From a virus, in the IMG/VR virus record IMGVR_UViG_3300045988_142192, positions 1-47,041 of that record: a stretch of 47,041 bases of DNA, one strand, 5' to 3'. The notes under the pieces were generated by a model. It did no database searches and had not been told where the DNA came from. It was given only the letters and a program-made list of their open reading frames with translations. Below, piece after piece: positions 47,014 through 47,041 of this stretch. The stretch's first letter is position 1. Each line of letters begins with the position of its first letter. Both the position numbers and the translations under genes were made by a program.

Positions 47014-47041
47014 AGACATTTCCCTTAAAATAAAGTTTTTA
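46987..47041. repeat. Terminal overlap copy 2 (identical to 1-55)
   Basis: Exact 55-nt match to the window start. It includes the last 27 nt of ORF 46828-47013. Confidence 0.95.

Overview
The window is one complete, circularly closed mobile genome. Positions 1-55 are repeated exactly at 46987-47041, so the unit length is 46,986 bp. It is a very AT-rich, Clostridium/Firmicute-style temperate phage with a contractile tail of the PBSX/Xkd type.

About 90 plus-strand genes run around the circle in this order:
- A plasmid-like origin at 43.98-44.26 kb (three abutting DnaA boxes, 23-bp-phased iterons, an AT-rich tract and a promoter), followed by two Rep-candidate genes.
- An early/accessory region: an FtsK/SpoIIIE-like ATPase plus a membrane-anchored GIY-YIG nuclease, several small XRE/RHH regulators, a Rad52-like annealing protein, an ERCC4-type nuclease, an initiator with iterons inside its own gene, a T7 gp4-like primase-helicase, SSB, a Spo0E-like peptide, DUF3310, a ThyX-like protein, a MazG-like protein, YopX and many tiny cassette genes.
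- An ArpU/RinA-like late regulator and an orphan DNA methyltransferase cassette.
- The structural and lysis module: terS, terL, portal, a MuF/gp7-like gene broken by an in-frame TGA, scaffold, capsid, connectors, sheath, tube, a chaperone with a -1 frameshift, tape measure, a LysM protein, a homing-endonuclease-like insert, baseplate, fibres, a BhlA-like holin and an amidase-SH3 endolysin.

The only minus-strand coding is a 2.2-kb island of eight tiny genes (41.76-43.90 kb). It is driven by consensus promoters that carry a shared TGTTAG-N3-CTAACA operator. A 700-bp ORF-free tract full of promoter/terminator pairs (41.06-41.76 kb) precedes it.

I found no integrase or recombinase, ParAB, tRNA, rRNA or CRISPR array, so a phage-plasmid lifestyle is the best reading. 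All family calls come from motif recognition by eye, not from database searches.
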